From Erysipelothrix inopinata (lineage in GTDB: Bacteria > Bacillota_I > Bacilli_A > Erysipelotrichales > Erysipelotrichaceae): a stretch of DNA of 32,000 nucleotides. Position numbers and translations under genes: made by a program. Where the stretch lies: positions 180,001 through 212,000 of the forward strand of contig NZ_CP060715.1 of assembly GCF_014396165.1 (NCBI RefSeq), given 5' to 3'. The notes under the pieces are model-generated. The model ran no database searches and was not told the origin of the DNA. It saw only the letters and a list, made by a program, of their open reading frames with translations. Below, in pieces: positions 8,634-17,054 of the stretch; within the stretch, counting starts at the first letter, position 1, and each line of letters opens with the position of its first letter.

Positions 8634-10560
8634 ATACTTCAACTGATTTTAAAAGTCTGAGTCCATTAACAATTACAACTAAGGTACTTCCTTCATGAAT
8701 AAGTACCGCTTGCGAAAGTGTCATGAGTCCAAAGATATTAATTGTGACTAGGAATAGAACTACCAACATCGCAAAGATAATATTTTGTATAACTACTTTT
8801 CGAAGTTTCTTAGAAACTTTATGAGTGTAAGCTAATTTGCTTAAATCATTTTTCATTAAGACTGCATCGGCAACGTCGATGGCAATATCAGTTCCTTCGC
8901 CCATTGCAACGCCTATATCTGCTGCGACAAGTGCAGGAGCATCATTAACACCATCTCCAACCATTGCTACTACTGGATAGTCTTGTTTTAATTCTTTCAC
9001 AATTTCTGATTTATTCTCTGGAAGAACATTTCCACGAACTTCATCAATACCTAACTGACGACCAATGGCTTCACCTGTACGAATTGCATCACCTGTAATC
9101 ATTACAGTATGAATATTATTTTCTTGGAAGTAACGAATGGCTTCAAGAGATGTTTGTTTTGGTATATCTTGGATTGCGATAAGTCCTAAAACTTTTGAAT
9201 CTAATCCAAAGTATACAACGGTCTTTCCTTCTGATTCATAGGTATCAGTGTGACTCATAATTTCATCGCTAACTGATCCATATGCCGTTGGTTTTCCAAT
9301 GAGGTAAGTGTTTCCATCAAATTCAGCTGTAAGACCTGTTCCGATCAAGTTTTCAACTTCTATATCTAAAACATCACGACCGTCAAAATGATTGATAATT
9401 GCCATAGCAAGCGGGTGATTTGATTTCTTTTCCATAGAATAAATAACACTTTCAAATTTGTTAATTTCTGCATCAGATACATTTTCTAAGAAATAAACAT
9501 CAGTAACCACTGGTTTCCCTTCAGTAAGTGTTCCCGTCTTGTCAAATGCGATAGCACCAAGTTCGGATAGATTTGCTAAATATGAACCACCCTTGAAAAG
9601 AACTCCTCGTTTTGCAAGGTTACTAATTGCAGATAATGTAGCAGGAATATCTGTCGCAGCAAGTGCACATGGAGACGCTCCAATTAAGAATACCATCGTT
9701 CTATAGAAAGTATCATCTGCACCCCAATTAAAGACATAGAGTCCAAATAAATAAAATACAGGTGCTAGTAAGAATACGGCTGTCACGTATATCGGTTCAA
9801 TCTTTTTAATCAGCGCAGCAGTCTTAGATACATCAGTTTGTGCTTGACTCACAAGTGTAAGAATTTTAGCGAAGACTGTATCACTGCTATCTTTCGTAAC
9901 TTCCATCGTGAAAGTTCCCGTACCATTCATAGTACTACCAAAGACAGTATCTCCGATACCAACTTCAACCGGAATACTCTCCCCTGTAATAGAGGCTTGA
10001 TCAATGGATGAAGAACCTGAGAGAACCGTACCATCTGTAGGTACTTGATCACCATTCAAAACAGTAAGTATATCTCCTACTTTTAACTCAGCAACGTCTA
10101 CAACTTCAAGTTCACCATTCGCTTTTTGACGTCGCGCAGTAGTCGGATTCATTTTTAATAAACTGGTAATTTCTTTTTGACTTTTATTTTCTGCATACTC
10201 TTCTAGGAAATGAGCACCAGCAAAGATTAGAATAAGCAATACAGCTTCATCAAGTTCGCCAATTAAAATGGCACCTAATGCAGCAACAGTCATCAGTAAG
10301 TGAACATTCGGCATAAATTTCTTCTTCTCTTTTGTATCTCGAATTGTATCCATAATTCCTTCAATAATAATATGAGAGCCGGACAATGCAAGTGCTGCGA
10401 CATTTAAAATAGTTTTAAGTACTCCATTATTGACAAAGATACCTACGATAAATGCTGCAAGACCAATCATGAAGAGTAGTAAAGAGTTATTACCTCCATG
10501 TGAATGTGTATGGTTTGGTTCATTACTGTGATCATGATTATGATTTTTGTGATTTTCCAT
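8632..10560 (-). CDS. Heavy-metal P1B-type ATPase with SPC / HEGST signature (P1B-4-like; Co/Zn/Fe-type exporter predicted) and His-rich N-terminus
   Basis: DKTGTLT, TGD, GDGVNDAP. The TM motif is GASPCAL, not CPC, and the last TM carries IHEGST. Start set to ATG 10560 (MENHKNHNHDHSNEPNHTHSHGG), directly after the ArsR gene's stop. The track's 40-aa extension overlaps the ArsR CDS. Confidence 0.92.
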   Translation of the reverse strand: MENHKNHNHDHSNEPNHTHSHGGNNSLLLFMIGLAAFIVGIFVNNGVLKTILNVAALALSGSHIIIEGIMDTIRDTKEKKKFMPNVHLLMTVAALGAILIGELDEAVLLILIFAGAHFLEEYAENKSQKEITSLLKMNPTTARRQKANGELEVVDVAELKVGDILTVLNGDQVPTDGTVLSGSSSIDQASITGESIPVEVGIGDTVFGSTMNGTGTFTMEVTKDSSDTVFAKILTLVSQAQTDVSKTAALIKKIEPIYVTAVFLLAPVFYLFGLYVFNWGADDTFYRTMVFLIGASPCALAATDIPATLSAISNLAKRGVLFKGGSYLANLSELGAIAFDKTGTLTEGKPVVTDVYFLENVSDAEINKFESVIYSMEKKSNHPLAMAIINHFDGRDVLDIEVENLIGTGLTAEFDGNTYLIGKPTAYGSVSDEIMSHTDTYESEGKTVVYFGLDSKVLGLIAIQDIPKQTSLEAIRYFQENNIHTVMITGDAIRTGEAIGRQLGIDEVRGNVLPENKSEIVKELKQDYPVVAMVGDGVNDAPALVAADIGVAMGEGTDIAIDVADAVLMKNDLSKLAYTHKVSKKLRKVVIQNIIFAMLVVLFLVTINIFGLMTLSQAVLIHEGSTLVVIVNGLRLLKSVEV

Positions 10561-10561
10561 A

Positions 10562-10864
10562 TTATTTCTCTCCTTCCATAACATGTTCAATTGCCATATC
10601 AAATATTGAGAACACATGTTCATCAGCAATAGCATAGATGATTGACTTACCCTGACGCGTTGATCGAACAAGGTCATCATCTTTTAATATTCTAAGCTGA
10701 TGAGATACAGTGCTTTGCTCCATATCCAATGAGGCAGCTATTTCACTCACAGGCAATGGTTGCTCACGAAGTAAATAAAGAATCTGTATTCGAGTAGGAT
10801 AAGAGATTGTTTGAAACACTCTCGAAATCTTATCTATGGTCAGCTCGTCAAGTTCATTTTTCAT
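10562..10864 (-). CDS. ArsR/SmtB-family metalloregulator, alpha5-site (SmtB/CzrA-like) type
   Basis: wHTH ISYPTRIQILYLL...VSEIAASLDMEQSTVSHQLRIL. D-x-H-x10-H-x2-E in ADEHVFSIFDMAIEHVME. No cysteines. AGGAGG RBS before ATG 10864. Confidence 0.9.
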   Translation of the reverse strand: MKNELDELTIDKISRVFQTISYPTRIQILYLLREQPLPVSEIAASLDMEQSTVSHQLRILKDDDLVRSTRQGKSIIYAIADEHVFSIFDMAIEHVMEGEK

Positions 10865-10880
10865 GTGTCCATCCTCCTTA

Positions 10881-10906
10881 TATGAATGAATGTTCATCTG
10901 TTCATA
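10881..10906. promoter_or_regulatory. Candidate ArsR-family operator (imperfect TGAA/TTCA-rich inverted repeat)
   Basis: TATGAATGAATGTTCATCTGTTCATA lies between the predicted -10 and the RBS. It contains TGTTCAT twice and the complementary ATGAA arms. Confidence 0.4.
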
Positions 10907-10911
10907 CTTAA

Positions 10912-10940
10912 ATATTACACCAGAAGGAAACATGTGTCAA
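10912..10940 (-). promoter_or_regulatory. Candidate sigmaA promoter of the ArsR-ATPase operon
   Basis: Minus strand TTGACA (10940-10935), 17 nt, TAATAT (10917-10912). Confidence 0.55.
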
Positions 10941-10960
10941 GAAGAATAAAAATTATAAAT

Positions 10961-10986
10961 AAAAAAACTGAAGGTCAACCCTTCAG
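10961..10986 (-). terminator. Rho-independent terminator of dps
   Basis: CTGAAGG-tcaac-CCTTCAG. On the minus-strand RNA it is followed by TTTTTTTATTT. Confidence 0.65.
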
Positions 10987-10999
10987 CTTCTTTGCGCAC

Positions 11000-11437
11000 C
11001 TATTTAATGTAAGCATTCATCATCCACAAGTCTTTACCCAAATCTTGAGAAACACCTGTGAAATAATCTGCAGTTCCTGGATCACCAAGTTCTTCTGCTA
11101 ATTTAACAATATGTAGTGCAAGTTGATTCATGTGTTCGAAATCAACAATTAATTTTTTAAAGCCATCAACAGCAGTAATATAATCATTACCTAATTCTTC
11201 AATACTACTTCTTTCTGTGACTTCTTTTAGATTGCCAATTGGTTTAGCACCAATTGTGAGGAGTCTTTCCGCAACCGCATCAATGCGTTCTTGTGCTTCA
11301 TCATAGTAATCATCCATTTTTTCATGGATTGGGAAGAAGCCTTGTCCTTTCATGAACCAGTGTATGTTGTGTATTTTCATGCTCAATACTAACTGATCCG
11401 CCAAGAATGTATTCATTTCTTCATATAAACTATTCAT
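11000..11437 (-). CDS. dps: Dps-family DNA-protecting ferritin-like protein
   Basis: 145 aa. HNIHWFMKGQGFFPIHEKMDDYYDE ferroxidase-site block. AGGAGG RBS. Extended -10 TGGTATAAT at 11468-11460. Confidence 0.92.
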   Translation of the reverse strand: MNSLYEEMNTFLADQLVLSMKIHNIHWFMKGQGFFPIHEKMDDYYDEAQERIDAVAERLLTIGAKPIGNLKEVTERSSIEELGNDYITAVDGFKKLIVDFEHMNQLALHIVKLAEELGDPGTADYFTGVSQDLGKDLWMMNAYIK

Positions 11438-11515
11438 TTCAAATCCTCCTTATATGTCTATTATACCACTTTGAAGATTTCATGGATAAAAAATGAATGT
11501 TTTATGAGTATGACT

Positions 11516-11546
11516 AAGAAAAAAGTGAGGAACCTTTCTCCTCACT
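11516..11546 (-). terminator. Rho-independent terminator of the DeoR-family gene
   Basis: GTGAGGA (11525-11531)/TCCTCAC (11539-11545). The minus-strand RNA continues TTTTTTCTT. Confidence 0.65.
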
Positions 11547-11582
11547 TCATCGTTCATCTCTCTAATGAACACTTTCGTGACA

Positions 11583-12356
11583 TCAATCAACATCTTCATC
11601 ATGATCAAGATAGCGTATCCCTTTTTCAACACAGAAACTACGCCATTCCTCTGATAGCTCTTGATCAGTAACGATACAATCAATTCTTTCTAAGTCAAAA
11701 AGACTGATAAATGATATTTTATTAAACTTCGAATGATCCGCTACAATTACTTTCATTTTAGATTGCGTCAAAACTAGTGAGTGTATATCAACGATAGCAT
11801 CACTAACATCAGTACATCCAACTTTCATATCAATTGATCTACATGATATAAATGACTTATCAAAATTGAAATCTTTAAGAGTGCGAATTGCCTGTCTTCC
11901 TACAAAGCATCGATTTTGCGGGTAGAAATTCCCACCTATTAAAGTAAGCCGAATGTTATCATACTGACTGAGATAATTTGCGATATCAATTGAGTTTGTC
12001 ACGACAATAAGATGCATATCACTGATTGCTTCCGCAATTTGTAGTGACGTTGTGGATGAGTCCAGGTAAATACAATCACCCTCATTGATAAGCGTTCTTG
12101 CACGACTCGCGATGATTGCTTTATTCTTCTTAAAGATATTTTTGAGAACATTGTTATCAACATAACTTTGTACACGGTTTGCAAGGACTGCGCCGCCGTG
12201 CTTTTTCTCAGCAAATCCTTCTTTCTCGAGTTCTGCAAGGTCACGACGTATCGTTTCCTCACTAACGGATAATAACGCTGATAGTTCAGCGACTTGAACA
12301 ATTTTTTGTTCCAAGAGTATTTCTTTTATTTTTTCTCTACGTGTAATCTGTAACAT
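11583..12356 (-). CDS. DeoR-family transcriptional repressor
   Basis: N-terminal HTH RREKIKEILLEQKIVQVAELSALLSVSEETIRRDLAELE plus a sugar-phosphate-binding-type C-terminal domain. Own extended -10 TGCTATAAT (12383-12375). Confidence 0.9.
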   Translation of the reverse strand: MLQITRREKIKEILLEQKIVQVAELSALLSVSEETIRRDLAELEKEGFAEKKHGGAVLANRVQSYVDNNVLKNIFKKNKAIIASRARTLINEGDCIYLDSSTTSLQIAEAISDMHLIVVTNSIDIANYLSQYDNIRLTLIGGNFYPQNRCFVGRQAIRTLKDFNFDKSFISCRSIDMKVGCTDVSDAIVDIHSLVLTQSKMKVIVADHSKFNKISFISLFDLERIDCIVTDQELSEEWRSFCVEKGIRYLDHDEDVD

Positions 12357-12391
12357 ACCCCACTCCTTTCCATTATTATAGCATTTCTGAT

Positions 12392-12423
12392 AAGAAAAAC
12401 ACTCACGAGTTCACTCGTGAGTG
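12392..12423 (-). terminator. Rho-independent terminator ending the mtnK/mtnA-containing operon
   Basis: Perfect 10-bp stem CACTCACGAG-ttca-CTCGTGAGTG (12400-12423). The minus-strand RNA continues TTTTTCTT. Confidence 0.75.
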
Positions 12424-12428
12424 ATGAA

Positions 12429-13466
12429 TTAATCTTTGAAATAACTCTCAAGATCGTATGGAGAGAAAATGCCTTTTTCAGTAATAACGCCACTACATAA
12501 GCTTGGCGGTGTTACATCAAAAGCAGGGTAGTAAGCCTGAACGCCATCCATTGTTACTTTAGTTCCAAGATGACTGAGGACTTCTTCAGGGTTTCGTTCT
12601 TCAATCTTTACGGTATCCATGGTTTTATGAGTATTACTTGGAGTCCCTGTAACATAGTAAGGAATCTTATGATAATGGCATAGTGCCGCAATTTGGAACG
12701 TCCCTACTTTATTCACAATATGTCCGTCAAGAGTAATCATATCCGAAGCAGACGTGAAGAGATCTACTTTCTTTTCTTTTAAGATGTATCCTGGCATATT
12801 GTCCGTAATAACATGCACATCAAAGCCCATATCACATATTACTGATGCGGTGAGACGTGCGCCTTGAAGATAAGGTCTTGTTTCAGGACAAATGAATTTA
12901 ACATTTTCATTTCCGAGTGTTTTTAAATGACGACAAATCATACCCACAACCGTTTCAGCAAAACATTGTGTCATGATGGTTCCATCATGAGGAACTTTTT
13001 CAGCAAGTTGCATCCCAATTTTTTCAATTCGAGCATAACGTTGCGATACTTCATCAATAGCAAACGCTTTAACGAATTCAACAAGTTCATCGTTAGTATT
13101 CCACATTTGCGTCTTTACGACATCCAAGGCATCATAAGCAATTTTCCTCATTCTTGATGACGTTGTAGGACGAGCATGCGTGATATCGTATGCTGCTTGT
13201 TCCATAAACACAAGACAATCTTCTCGAGACATATCACGTGTCTGATAGGCAGCAAGAACCATTGCCATCGAAGCTGCAAGATAAGGGCCACCACTTTGGG
13301 TTACCATATCTTGAATTGCTTTTACGACATCTTTATACGTTTCGCAAACAACATATTCTGTTCTGATTGGATAAATACGGCGGTCCAAAATTTTCACAAC
13401 ACCATCTTCGAACCAAGCAACATTTTCAAACTGAAGCATGAAAGCTAAATCATGATCTATTCTCAT
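12429..13466 (-). CDS. mtnA: MtnA-like sugar-1-phosphate isomerase (methylthioribose-1-P / 5-deoxyribose-1-P isomerase, eIF-2B alpha/beta/delta family)
   Basis: ETRPYLQGARLTA, NKVGTFQIA, IEERNPEEV and PAFDVTP...GVITEKG blocks. Start at ATG 13466 (GAGGAG RBS), 1 nt after the mtnK stop. Confidence 0.85.
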   Translation of the reverse strand: MRIDHDLAFMLQFENVAWFEDGVVKILDRRIYPIRTEYVVCETYKDVVKAIQDMVTQSGGPYLAASMAMVLAAYQTRDMSREDCLVFMEQAAYDITHARPTTSSRMRKIAYDALDVVKTQMWNTNDELVEFVKAFAIDEVSQRYARIEKIGMQLAEKVPHDGTIMTQCFAETVVGMICRHLKTLGNENVKFICPETRPYLQGARLTASVICDMGFDVHVITDNMPGYILKEKKVDLFTSASDMITLDGHIVNKVGTFQIAALCHYHKIPYYVTGTPSNTHKTMDTVKIEERNPEEVLSHLGTKVTMDGVQAYYPAFDVTPPSLCSGVITEKGIFSPYDLESYFKD

Positions 13467-13467
13467 A

Positions 13468-14673
13468 TTAAATCTCCTCAATAAACTTATTTATCACGGT
13501 TTCGTAATCCGCAGCTGATTGCATAGCATCACGATTTAAGATTAAAGTCATCCCAATATTAACGATACATCTTTCAATCTTATCGATATTTTCATTATCT
13601 TGAACCTTATCCAAATCCCACACTTTAGCCACTCCAACTGTTCGACGAATCATTTCTGTTCCTGCATATCCTGCAGTATCAGCAAGAATTTGTTTGAGAT
13701 ATGCATCCTTAAAGAGCGCATTATCTTTAAACATTGGTGTCGCTACATCATTATCATATGATGCTTCATAGATTGCCTTGAACTCAGTTATAACTTCTTT
13801 GATACTCTCAAGCAACCATTTTGTATAAGGTGTTTCAACTAAATTATTTTGGTATAACGTCGCAACATAAGAAATAATAAAGCTTCCGACTACATTACCA
13901 ATATCGTAACCCATCGGTCCAAAGAATGAGAATTCAGGATCAAATACTTTTAAGTCTTCATCGTTAATAAAGATTGAACCCGCATGCAAATCACCATGAA
14001 TCATAGATTGAGTTTGATTCATAAAACGATTTTTTAGTGTTGCTACTTCAAATTTTAGGGAATCATTATTATAGAGATTCTCTACAACAAATTTTTCATT
14101 TTTAGCGTTATATCGATTCAATCCTTGACGATTTAGATACGGCTCTGTAAATACCAGACGCTCAGATATTTCACACATATCAATATTTACAAGATTTCCC
14201 GCCATTGTTTTCTTCTCAGGGATATCCATTACTAAATCCGTTGTCTTAAAGAGGGTATCATACAAGAATTGTGCAATATCCTTCGCAAAATGAGGATATG
14301 TTTTACCTTCCATCATCCCTTCACGAAGCACAACATAGTCCTTCATATCTTCCATTACAATACAACTCATTTCTTTAGAATATAGATAGATTTCAGGCAC
14401 AGCATGGTTGCTGAGTTCCCCTTGTTTTCTTAAGATTTTATTTTCAATTTCATTTCGTTTTGTTGACAGTTCACGTGTGGATGATCCACGAATAAAGCTA
14501 TCAGCAAATTTCACGATAATTGATTTTCCTTTTTCATCTTCTACACGGAAAATATAGTTAACGTTTCCGTCTCCAACTTCCTTAATTGATAGCTCACTTC
14601 CCTTATCAAAACAATTAAGTTGTGAGGTAACCATTTCAAGTATATTCTTTTTCAATGTATCTTTTTGACTCAT
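13468..14673 (-). CDS. mtnK: 5-methylthioribose (or 5-deoxyribose) kinase
   Basis: EVGDGNVNYIFRV, IVMEDM, ERLVFTEPY and IHGDLHAGSIF...DPEFSFFGP align well with my memory of Bacillus MtnK. Confidence 0.9.
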   Translation of the reverse strand: MSQKDTLKKNILEMVTSQLNCFDKGSELSIKEVGDGNVNYIFRVEDEKGKSIIVKFADSFIRGSSTRELSTKRNEIENKILRKQGELSNHAVPEIYLYSKEMSCIVMEDMKDYVVLREGMMEGKTYPHFAKDIAQFLYDTLFKTTDLVMDIPEKKTMAGNLVNIDMCEISERLVFTEPYLNRQGLNRYNAKNEKFVVENLYNNDSLKFEVATLKNRFMNQTQSMIHGDLHAGSIFINDEDLKVFDPEFSFFGPMGYDIGNVVGSFIISYVATLYQNNLVETPYTKWLLESIKEVITEFKAIYEASYDNDVATPMFKDNALFKDAYLKQILADTAGYAGTEMIRRTVGVAKVWDLDKVQDNENIDKIERCIVNIGMTLILNRDAMQSAADYETVINKFIEEI

Positions 14674-14682
14674 ATTTTCCTC

Positions 14683-15192
14683 CTATAACATCAAAGACAT
14701 GAATACAACATTTTCGTAATTTCCATCAACCAGGGTATCTTTCTTAAAGATACCTTCTATTTCAAATCCAAATTTTTTATAAAGTCCAATTGCTTTCTCA
14801 TTATTTTCTAAGACTGTTAGTTCCAACTTTTCCAATCGCATCCATTTTTTTGCGTAATCTATTATTTTTGCAAGAAGCTTTGTTCCCACGCCGCATTGGT
14901 GATAGGTTGGATCAATTGCGATTGATATTTTTCCACGATGATGAAGTCGCACTTCTTGATATTGAAGTAACCGAACATAACCGATAACATCTTTTTCTTT
15001 ATTATTTTGATTTACTGCAACGAAAGTGTGTATAAAATGGGGATTATCGAAGAAATAATCTTTCGTTTCTTTGAGTGTTTCGGTTGGAAGAGCGAGTATG
15101 TTCATGCAAACATCTTCGCGGGTTCTTATCTGATTCAATTGTACCAAATCCCAATCATAAATAGGTCTAATGGTGATTTGGGAATTATCCAT
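14683..15192 (-). CDS. GNAT-family N-acetyltransferase embedded in the operon
   Basis: 169 aa. HQCGVGTKLL...LENNEKAIGLYKKFGFEIEG GNAT motif A/B. The start overlaps the adh stop as TAATG. Confidence 0.8.
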   Translation of the reverse strand: MDNSQITIRPIYDWDLVQLNQIRTREDVCMNILALPTETLKETKDYFFDNPHFIHTFVAVNQNNKEKDVIGYVRLLQYQEVRLHHRGKISIAIDPTYHQCGVGTKLLAKIIDYAKKWMRLEKLELTVLENNEKAIGLYKKFGFEIEGIFKKDTLVDGNYENVVFMSLML

Positions 15193-16337
15193 TAGAGTAG
15201 TCCTTCAAATAGATTGATAATATCTTCTTTGCTTGGTTGGATTGGATTTTTCGCAAGGTTTCCATCTTTTAAAGTTTTTTCAGCCAGTAACTCTAAATCT
15301 TCAAGCTTCACACCGAGTTCAGTTAAAGCAATCTTTGTTTTAACTCTTTCTGATAGATTTTCCACTTCATTAATAAATGTATGTCCTTGTTCTTCAGTAC
15401 TTAGGTTTTTAACTTTATCACCATAGAGGCGACGTGATATTTCTGCATATTTTTCCATAACAACTGTAGCATTATAACGCATGACCGTTGGCAAGATAAT
15501 GGCATTACAGAGTCCGTGAGGAAGATTATATACTGCACCTAACTGATGAGCCATTGAGTGAACAAGCCCCAGTCCCGCATTACAAAATGCCATTCCAGCA
15601 AGTGATTGTGCGTATATCATATTTTCTCGTAATTCAATATTTTGAGGATCGCCAATAACCGCTTCTAAGTTTTCAAAAATAAACTCAATGGCATCCAATG
15701 ACAGCTTCTGTGTTAGAGGGTATGCACCCGGCGTAACATAACTTTCTACGGCATGCGTAAGTGCATCCATTCCCGTACCAGCAGTGATGGATGCTGGTAG
15801 ACCCGTCATCATTTCTGGATCGTTAAATGAAGCATAAGGTAACGCATTGATATCTTTAAAGATGAGTTTCTCTACACGTCTATCATCCGATATTAAATAG
15901 GCACGAGATATTTCACTTGCTGTACCTGCTGTAGTATTTACCAAAAAGGTTATGGGTGCTTTGCTTTTAGACTGGTTGAATCCTTCATAATCAACAATGT
16001 CACCACCATTGCTTACTACAATACCAACAGCTTTCGAACAGTCATTCGGTGAACCACCACCAATACCAATAATATAATCGCAACCACTCTGATGATAGAG
16101 AGCCACTGCTTCTTCAACATTTTTACGCGTCGGATTGGGTTGAACATCATCGTAAATTGTATAAGCCACATCGGCACGTTCTAACTCACGAGTCACAAAA
16201 TCAACCAACCCCAGTTTATTTAAGTTTTTATCAGTCACAATTAGAGCATTTTTCAGATCCAAACTTGTGGATAAATCACCGATTTCTTTGATGCATCCTG
16301 CACCGAATTTATTAATACTTGGTACTACAAATTCCAT
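15192..16337 (-). CDS. Iron-containing (group III) alcohol dehydrogenase, FucO/lactaldehyde-reductase-like
   Basis: GIGGGSPNDCSKAVG and metal-ligand blocks GMDALTHAVE and HSMAHQLG...HG. Start at ATG 16337 with a GGAGG RBS (the track start at 16382 is unsupported). Confidence 0.9.
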   Translation of the reverse strand: MEFVVPSINKFGAGCIKEIGDLSTSLDLKNALIVTDKNLNKLGLVDFVTRELERADVAYTIYDDVQPNPTRKNVEEAVALYHQSGCDYIIGIGGGSPNDCSKAVGIVVSNGGDIVDYEGFNQSKSKAPITFLVNTTAGTASEISRAYLISDDRRVEKLIFKDINALPYASFNDPEMMTGLPASITAGTGMDALTHAVESYVTPGAYPLTQKLSLDAIEFIFENLEAVIGDPQNIELRENMIYAQSLAGMAFCNAGLGLVHSMAHQLGAVYNLPHGLCNAIILPTVMRYNATVVMEKYAEISRRLYGDKVKNLSTEEQGHTFINEVENLSERVKTKIALTELGVKLEDLELLAEKTLKDGNLAKNPIQPSKEDIINLFEGLL

Positions 16338-16386
16338 ATGAACCTCCATTATAAGAGGGAGAGTGAAAGCACCCTCCCACACCTAT

Positions 16387-17028
16387 TTACTTTAAATTAT
16401 ACTTTTTCCTGAGCAAATCAATATTTTCGTTTGAGAGTACTTTAGGTTCTCCAACCTGTCTTGCAAAGTGATAAATTTTAGCTGCGTCCTCTACATATAC
16501 AGCACGAATATATGCTTGATCGAGTGTTGTACCTACCGCAACAACTCCATGATTTTCCAACAAACACGCATTACGATTTTGCATAGCAATGACTGCCTCT
16601 TTACCTAATTCAACACTTCCAGGGAGTGCAAACTTAGCTCTTGGAATATCACCACCAATAAACGGTAGCATTTCCACAAGAATTAAAGGAATATCTTCGT
16701 GTACAACCGCAAAGCTTGTTGCTCGAGGAGAATGGGTGTGAATAACAGAATTAACGTGACTTAATCCACGATAGATTTCTGCATGCATTTGCCATTCTGA
16801 AGAAGGTCGTAAATCCCCATAGATGATTTCTCCATCTAAGTGCATTAAGACAACATCTTCCGGGGTCATAATCTTGTAGTCAAGATTCGTAGCAGTAATA
16901 GCCATAATCGCATTCTCGCGATCATAATAGCTCACATTACCACTTGTACCTGCAACGAGGTTTTGTTCATAAGACTTTAAGGCTGTTTTTTGTACCTTTT
17001 CTTGTATTTCGTAATATTTTTCAATCAT
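16387..17028 (-). CDS. Class II aldolase/adducin-family protein (fuculose-1-P aldolase-like; candidate 5-deoxy/5-methylthio-ribulose-1-P aldolase)
   Basis: GTSGNVS, HTHSPRATSFA and LENHGVVAVG blocks of the class II aldolase fold. 213 aa. Confidence 0.88.
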   Translation of the reverse strand: MIEKYYEIQEKVQKTALKSYEQNLVAGTSGNVSYYDRENAIMAITATNLDYKIMTPEDVVLMHLDGEIIYGDLRPSSEWQMHAEIYRGLSHVNSVIHTHSPRATSFAVVHEDIPLILVEMLPFIGGDIPRAKFALPGSVELGKEAVIAMQNRNACLLENHGVVAVGTTLDQAYIRAVYVEDAAKIYHFARQVGEPKVLSNENIDLLRKKYNLK

Positions 17029-17054
17029 AGAGTTCTCCTAATCTAAGTTTAATA

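Noticed and set aside
10561-10680. N-terminal extensions proposed by the ORF track. Examples are the ATPase to 10680, the ArsR gene to 10933, the TasA-like gene to 6054, the adh to 16382, the permeases to 18494 and 21605, the lipoprotein to 20681, the mtnA-like gene to 13481 and the YeiH-like gene from 2942.
   Set aside because: In each case an internal ATG is preceded by a GGAGG-type SD at proper spacing and gives a family-typical N-terminus. The extensions overlap upstream genes or promoters.
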